From an uncultured Bacilli bacterium (lineage in GTDB: Bacteria; Bacillota_I; Bacilli_A; RF39; UBA660), in contig CAKOJJ010000001.1 of assembly GCA_934089275.1 (NCBI GenBank), forward strand, positions 180,296-244,295: 64,000 bases of DNA, read 5' to 3'. The stretch's first letter is position 1. The number at the start of each line of letters is the position of its first letter. Both the position numbers and the translations under genes were made by a program. Positions 60,719 through 64,000 of this stretch are shown here, one piece after another. Below the pieces are notes generated by a model. It had not been told where the DNA came from, searched no databases, and saw nothing but the letters and a program-made list of their open reading frames with translations.

Positions 60719-61237
60719 TTATTTTGTTAATTTTTTCATTTCAATCTTTTTTTCATATATAGTTTCTAAACTACTGTTTTTATCCTTCTTTACTTTAACT
60801 ATAAAATATAAGTTGTTTTCAAAATTTTTCTTTACTGTTTTACTAAATTTTTCACTTTTATTATTACTTTCAATATAATTAAAAGCGCTGTAAAATTCTA
60901 GCGTTTTAGTTAAAGATTCAGCTGAATCAAAATCTTCACTTTGAGTTAGAAACTCCATATATTCATTATCAGTTTTAACATAATATCCAGCAGTTATTCC
61001 GTATATTTTGTAATCCTCTTTATTATATGCTGCTGGTGTTGAATAGAACATATGCATATCATTATTGATAAACGCATGAATAGTTGAAATACTCACATCA
61101 TCATTATTAACAGAAGATATATAAATCTTACTAGATGTACTTAATTTATAAATAACTAAAACACTTACAGCAAGTAAAACTATTAAAGTTATAATTATAG
61201 GTTTAGGACTATTAAAAAAACTTTTTATCTTATTCAT
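60719..61237 (-). CDS. membrane-anchored protein of unknown function
   Basis: One N-terminal TM helix. Overlaps the PBP gene stop by 8 nt. Confidence 0.5.
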   Translation of the reverse strand: MNKIKSFFNSPKPIIITLIVLLAVSVLVIYKLSTSSKIYISSVNNDDVSISTIHAFINNDMHMFYSTPAAYNKEDYKIYGITAGYYVKTDNEYMEFLTQSEDFDSAESLTKTLEFYSAFNYIESNNKSEKFSKTVKKNFENNLYFIVKVKKDKNSSLETIYEKKIEMKKLTK

Positions 61238-63410
61238 TTGTTTCTTCTTCTTTCTTTTTATAATATGTATTAGGATTTATATTTTGAAAATTAACCTCAA
61301 GTGTAGAATTTTCAATATCCAATACAGTTCCAGCCGGAATATTATACGTTTCTACATATCCATAATTATTAAAAGTATATTTAAGACCAATTAAATTACA
61401 GAAATTGATAACTTCACTTTCACTCCAACCAGTTATATCAGGCATTGTTATATTTTTACTATTTGTAAGTAGGAAAACCTTTGAACTTTGGCTTGTTTTT
61501 ACTCCTGCTTTTGGATATTGTTTTATTACACGAGTACCATCGCCAATGATTAAAGGATTTATTCCTTTACTTTGTAAAGACGAAGTTGCTGCAGTCGTTG
61601 TTTTATTAACATATAAATCTATATCAACAATTTTACTAGCATCCTTATCACTTACTCTAGTATCAAGATTTTTATATTTAGCAACACTTTCAACCATTTT
61701 CTTAACTATTGCACCCATATTTTTGCTAGTTCCATGAAAATCTTTTACAGCTACGTATAAAATGTACTCTGGATCATCTTTAGGAAATATTCCAGCAAAT
61801 GATCTGATTACATTATAGGTACCAGTAATATAATGACCTGCTCCATTTGTGTAATTTGCTGTACCAGTTTTACCGATAAGTCTAACTGAATCTGTATGAT
61901 AAACACGCCCTGTTGCCGCAGTATCTGATCCATTGACTGTTAAATCCATAAGTTCTTTAACCTTATTAACTGTTGATGTTGAATATACTTTATTAAGCTC
62001 TTTCTTACCACCTTGGTAAACAACTTCATTTTTATTTGGATCAACAATTTTTTCAATTATATATGGTTTCATAACAGTACCATCATTTGTTAAAGTCGAA
62101 AGAGCTTGAATCATTTGAATCGGAGTTACTGTCATACCTTGTCCATAAGATGCCGAAGCAACCTCTGTTTCATATTCAAAATCAATGTCTCCTTTATATT
62201 CGTTAGCAAGTTCAATGCCCGTTTTTTCTCCAAAGCCTAAATTAGTATAATATTTAGTTAAACCTTGTTTTGTTAATCTTTTCGCTAAATTAACAGCCGC
62301 AACATTGGAAGAATACGTAAATCCAACATCATAGGTAATATTACCCCAACCTACTTTATTCCAGTCTTTTATCTTATAATCTGCTACTTCAACTGTACCT
62401 GATTTATATAACTCATCACCTTTATACAAGCCTTCCTCAATAGCCGAAGCAAATGAAAATATCTTCATTGTACTACCAGGTTCATAAGTATATGAAATAA
62501 GTGGATCATTATAATTTTGTAAATCAAGCTTATTCGGATTAAAGCTTGGAGATGTAGAAGAACCAATTATTGCTCCAGTTTTAGCATCAGCTACTGTTAT
62601 AGTAACCCATGAAGGATTATATTCATTAAATTCTGATACAGCATTATCAAGAAATATTTGGACTTGTTTATCCAAAGTAAGATAAACGTCATATCCATCT
62701 TCAGCAGGCGTGTTTTGACTTACTTTATCAGCCATTTGATATCCATAAGCATCATGTTGATATGTTATACTTCCATCTTTTCCTTTTAAATATCTATCAC
62801 AAAACATTTCAATTCCAAGTTCACCAGTCATTTCACCAGTTTCTTCATTCTTTTTTGCATAACCAATTAAATATGAAGCAAAATTTCCGTTTTGATAATA
62901 TCTTTTAGATGATTTAACAAAATCTATTCCCGGAAGATCAAGTTCTTCTATTTTTTGTTTATCAAGTTCACTTAAATTCTTACCGCCAGAACCAAATTCA
63001 ACTTGATATTTTCCTTCAACACTTAATCTTTTCAAAATATACTCATAAGTCATTGTTTTATTTATTGGTTCTAAAACTTCAGCAAGTTTTCTTGCAGTCA
63101 TTTCTTTATCAACAACATGTTTAGGATATCTTTCATCAGTAGTTCTACTTGAAGAAAGATAAGCAATTAAAGTATATGAATTAACATTTTGAGCTAAAAG
63201 ATTATTCGCATTATCATAAATATTGCCACGAGTTGCATAAAGAGTCTTTGTTGTTGTACTTCTTGCTTCGGCAATTTCCTTTAAATTAGACCCTTCAACA
63301 GAATCATTTGTTGCTACATATGCCAGTTTAACAAAAAAAAGCACAAATAAAAGAACAATACAAATTATAAAAACAAAATTGATTTTAATTGTATTGTTCG
63401 TATATTTCAT
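61230..63410 (-). CDS. class B penicillin-binding protein (PBP2B/FtsI type) with C-terminal PASTA domains
   Basis: STMK, SSN and KTGT motifs, an N-terminal TM helix and PASTA-like repeats at the C-terminus. Located in the dcw cluster after ftsL. Confidence 0.9.
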   Translation of the reverse strand: MKYTNNTIKINFVFIICIVLLFVLFFVKLAYVATNDSVEGSNLKEIAEARSTTTKTLYATRGNIYDNANNLLAQNVNSYTLIAYLSSSRTTDERYPKHVVDKEMTARKLAEVLEPINKTMTYEYILKRLSVEGKYQVEFGSGGKNLSELDKQKIEELDLPGIDFVKSSKRYYQNGNFASYLIGYAKKNEETGEMTGELGIEMFCDRYLKGKDGSITYQHDAYGYQMADKVSQNTPAEDGYDVYLTLDKQVQIFLDNAVSEFNEYNPSWVTITVADAKTGAIIGSSTSPSFNPNKLDLQNYNDPLISYTYEPGSTMKIFSFASAIEEGLYKGDELYKSGTVEVADYKIKDWNKVGWGNITYDVGFTYSSNVAAVNLAKRLTKQGLTKYYTNLGFGEKTGIELANEYKGDIDFEYETEVASASYGQGMTVTPIQMIQALSTLTNDGTVMKPYIIEKIVDPNKNEVVYQGGKKELNKVYSTSTVNKVKELMDLTVNGSDTAATGRVYHTDSVRLIGKTGTANYTNGAGHYITGTYNVIRSFAGIFPKDDPEYILYVAVKDFHGTSKNMGAIVKKMVESVAKYKNLDTRVSDKDASKIVDIDLYVNKTTTAATSSLQSKGINPLIIGDGTRVIKQYPKAGVKTSQSSKVFLLTNSKNITMPDITGWSESEVINFCNLIGLKYTFNNYGYVETYNIPAGTVLDIENSTLEVNFQNINPNTYYKKKEEETNE

Positions 63411-63426
63411 GCTTTAACCTCACTTA

Positions 63427-63723
63427 TTATTTAATAACTATTATATTATCATTATTATAGCTTAAACCATTACTCTTTGCAACATCTTGAATAGTGGATA
63501 GACTTGCAAGCTCGTCTACTTGCATTGATAAACTTGAATTAACGTTTTCTTGTTTTTCGATTTTTTTCTTCATCTTTTCAACTTCAATATTTGAACTTGA
63601 TAAAGATGCACTTGTATAAACAATCATAACAGGCGTCATAAGTGCAAGAATTGCTAAAACGGCAATAATTAGCTTTTCTCCCTTTTTAAATTTAATTCCT
63701 TTTTTTGAAGTTGATTTTTTCAT
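63427..63723 (-). CDS. ftsL: cell division protein FtsL-like
   Basis: 98 aa with a basic N-terminus, one TM helix and a short coiled coil. Sits between rsmH and the PBP gene. Confidence 0.6.
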   Translation of the reverse strand: MKKSTSKKGIKFKKGEKLIIAVLAILALMTPVMIVYTSASLSSSNIEVEKMKKKIEKQENVNSSLSMQVDELASLSTIQDVAKSNGLSYNNDNIIVIK

Positions 63724-63725
63724 AT

Positions 63726-64000
63726 CTATACCCTTTCTATTACTCTAAGTTTGGCACTTTTGCTTCGTGAGTTTTCTTTTATTTCATCATTTGATGCAAT
63801 AATTGGTTTTTTATTTATTAATTTTATTTTTGGTTTATATTCATCAGGTATATCAGGGATACCTTTAACTATTTCAGGAACTTCGCTGGCATTTTTAAAT
63901 ATATGTTTAACTATTCTATCTTCCAAAGAATGGAATGTTATAACAGCAATTCTTCCTTCACAGTTTAATAAATCTATAGCATCAGGTAGAACACTTTCTA
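63726..64000 (-). CDS. rsmH: 16S rRNA (cytosine1402-N4)-methyltransferase RsmH, C-terminal part (runs off the right edge)
   Basis: The frame stays open to the window edge and reads ...GRIAVITFHSLEDRIVKHIF...NSRSKSAKLRVIER, the canonical RsmH C-terminus. The ORF-track start is an internal TTG. Confidence 0.88.
   Translation of the reverse strand, partial: ESVLPDAIDLLNCEGRIAVITFHSLEDRIVKHIFKNASEVPEIVKGIPDIPDEYKPKIKLINKKPIIASNDEIKENSRSKSAKLRVIERV

Overview
AT-rich (by eye, not computed) Bacillota-type chromosomal segment. It reads cleanly with the standard code (TGA used as stop; rpoB, rpoC and polC are uninterrupted). Almost everything is on the minus strand. Most of it is housekeeping with Bacillus-like synteny: clpB; rplS-lepB; ruvA-ruvB-queA-tgt; polC; ybxB-like methyltransferase-rpoB-rpoC; greA; the yrzL/ireB-ruvX-yrzB-mltG-trmR-U32-U32 operon; a GyrB/ParE-type subunit; rseP; ftsE-ftsX-M23 peptidase; tRNA-Glu; and rsmH-ftsL-PBP2B. 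The standout is a complete chromosomal diversity-generating retroelement (DGR) at about 41.4-44.5 kb, with target gene plus VR, then TR, avd and reverse transcriptase, all on the minus strand. By hand alignment, TR (43148..43302) and VR (43497..43651) differ at 22 positions that are all adenines in the TR coding sense, plus one non-adenine position. 18 of the 45 aligned TR codons are AAC/AAT. The variable residues flank five invariant cysteines (N-C-N in the template), which does not look like the usual C-type-lectin DGR scaffold. The DGR target shares an N-terminal module and a 37-bp identical promoter block containing a G8 tract with a second secreted protein at 25428..26642, which carries a glycine-rich domain. 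Secondary oddities: a 1914-aa PolC with several large insertions; a ClpB without an N-domain; a MATE transporter fused to a cytidylate-kinase-like domain; a convergent pair of CYTH-domain genes (HTH-CYTH versus P-loop-CYTH plus a histidine phosphatase); a radical-SAM/sirtuin gene pair; tandem paralogs inside the ruv-que cluster; and a possible type I toxin-antitoxin-like small locus at about 4.9-5.2 kb. No CRISPR array, rRNA, transposase or prophage structural genes were seen.
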